A DNA stretch of 47,489 nt, taken from the NCBI GenBank assembly GCA_000934665.2, contig JYFJ02000754.1:62001-109489 (forward strand), given 5' to 3'. Positions 46,601-47,489 of the stretch are shown piece after piece. The notes below the pieces were generated by a model. It was not told the origin of the DNA and searched no databases. It was given only the letters and a program-made list of their open reading frames with translations. Position numbers and translations under genes: made by a program. This DNA comes from Catajapyx aquilonaris (lineage: Eukaryota). Numbering within the stretch: the first letter of the stretch is position 1; each line of letters begins with the position of its first letter.

Positions 46601-47180
46601 CTGGAGGGATATATATAACAATATGGTTCCATGTAAATTGATTGTCCGCTATTTTCAATACAATATAGTATGTTTCACTCATTAATAGTTCGGTTATCAG
46701 TGAAGGGTGGCAAAAAACCGCTATGCCACCTGAGGGGCGACCCTTCAGAAATCTTCTTGTTGCCGGAGTTGAGTATATCGAATTGTTTTTCCAGAAATCT
46801 GTCGTTGGTTTTGTTTCCAGCCACGTTTCAACTACCCCAATTACCTTCAAATTTTTTGGAGTCCTCAAATCGGATGACAGGTCGATTAAATTGGCCCCAT
46901 TTATATTCCACATCATACACCCACATTGAGCTTCAACACTTTTTAAACTGACCTCCAATTTTGGAGGCCCTATTATTGTTGGTTGTCCAGCAATGTTCCA
47001 GAACGAAATGCACACCTGCCTCCTTGACCCATCCTTTTGGCTGGCCTCTAAATTTGAAGGACGTATTGCAACACTATTAATAGGAATGGGCGCACTTTTC
47101 ACACTTTTTACACTTCGGGGGGTTTCTTCATATATAGCCGACGGAACCACACTACCTGACGATTGAGGACACCCAGCTTT
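43657..47180 (-). pseudogene. LINE ORF2: APE endonuclease, reverse transcriptase, CCHC finger; one premature stop and one frameshift
   Basis: Endonuclease: WNING, VETWL, GRPSGG, MGDLNARIG, TVDL, SDHCP. RT: FRPISL, FLDLTKAFDSV, GVLQGDPLSPLLF, LFADD, YRYLGV. C-terminus: LETGRPPL and CGLCN..DDWYHILYECP. In-frame TAA at 44798-44796 (probably from CAA); frameshift near 44030. Start position approximate. Confidence 0.93.
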
Positions 47181-47184
47181 TTTT

Positions 47185-47489
47185 TCACTGCACATTTCCT
47201 TTACCACCCCTCCCCACTTTTTTGTAGAGTTGAACTTGCACTTCTTCCCCAACCTCCTCCTCGTCATCTTCCTCAATGCGGTGGACTTCTACGCCCGCCT
47301 GTGTACTAAGTTCAAAGTTCGTATCCTTTCCGCTATGGTTGGGGGGCTTCTTCTTGGGGTCCGTCTGCTGTCCAGGGGAAGATCTTGGCCGCTTAGCTTG
47401 AGTGCTGCTCGTCGTGGGCACATCTCGGGTAGCGCGCACCACCCTTTCGCCATCCTCCGACAGGACATACCTGACCCCCTCGACGATGA
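47185..47489 (-). CDS. LINE ORF1 C-terminus (partial, open to the window edge)
   Basis: Frame is open from the edge: IVEGVRYVLSEDGERVVRATRDVP...KRPRSSP... to a stop at 47185. IVEG..Y resembles the I.G..Y end of transposase-22-like ORF1 proteins. Lies directly upstream of ORF2. Confidence 0.7.
   Translation of the reverse strand, partial: IVEGVRYVLSEDGERVVRATRDVPTTSSTQAKRPRSSPGQQTDPKKKPPNHSGKDTNFELSTQAGVEVHRIEEDDEEEVGEEVQVQLYKKVGRGGKGNVQ

Larger units (their letters stand above)
43441..47489 (-). mobile_element. Non-LTR retrotransposon (RTE-X-like LINE); 5' end outside the window
   Basis: ORF1 C-terminus, then ORF2 (endonuclease + RT + C-terminal zinc finger), a ~190-bp 3' UTR, AATAAA (43478-43473) and a TTGA(TTGATAGA)3 tail (43468-43441). 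Confidence 0.92.

Noticed and set aside
98..46951. Plus-strand ORFs in the track as genes (e.g. 98-487, 14657-15127, 36620-37021, 44864-45199)
   Set aside because: They have no recognisable domains. Those overlapping identified elements are antisense shadows of minus-strand transposon frames; the rest look like chance ORFs.

Overview
This is eukaryotic, most likely invertebrate-animal, DNA. I find no host gene, RNA gene, CRISPR array or prokaryotic feature. At the left edge is an apparently intact, two-intron DD82E (Sailor-type, IS630-Tc1-mariner) transposase. At the right edge is a nearly intact RTE-X-like LINE, inserted into a Transib (RAG1-related) transposase remnant. The ~41 kb between them is a dense mosaic of short (about 60-700 bp) degenerate fragments from many unrelated transposon groups: Gypsy, EnSpm/CMC, IS3EU, PIF/Harbinger, Penelope-like, LINE ORF1/endonuclease, and possibly Academ, Merlin and an RNA-virus RdRp. 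Essentially every fragment I could recognise, including both young flanking elements, lies on the minus strand. A plus-strand transcript would therefore be antisense to all of them, which is the layout of a uni-strand (flamenco-like) piRNA cluster or transposon trap. The mosaic also contains more than 15 diverged 40-450 bp modules repeated 2-5 times, always in direct orientation and in partly shuffled order. There is also a 222-bp fold-back MITE and a perfect 17-bp hairpin. Family calls come from motifs I translated by hand; no database search was run, and remnant and repeat boundaries are approximate.
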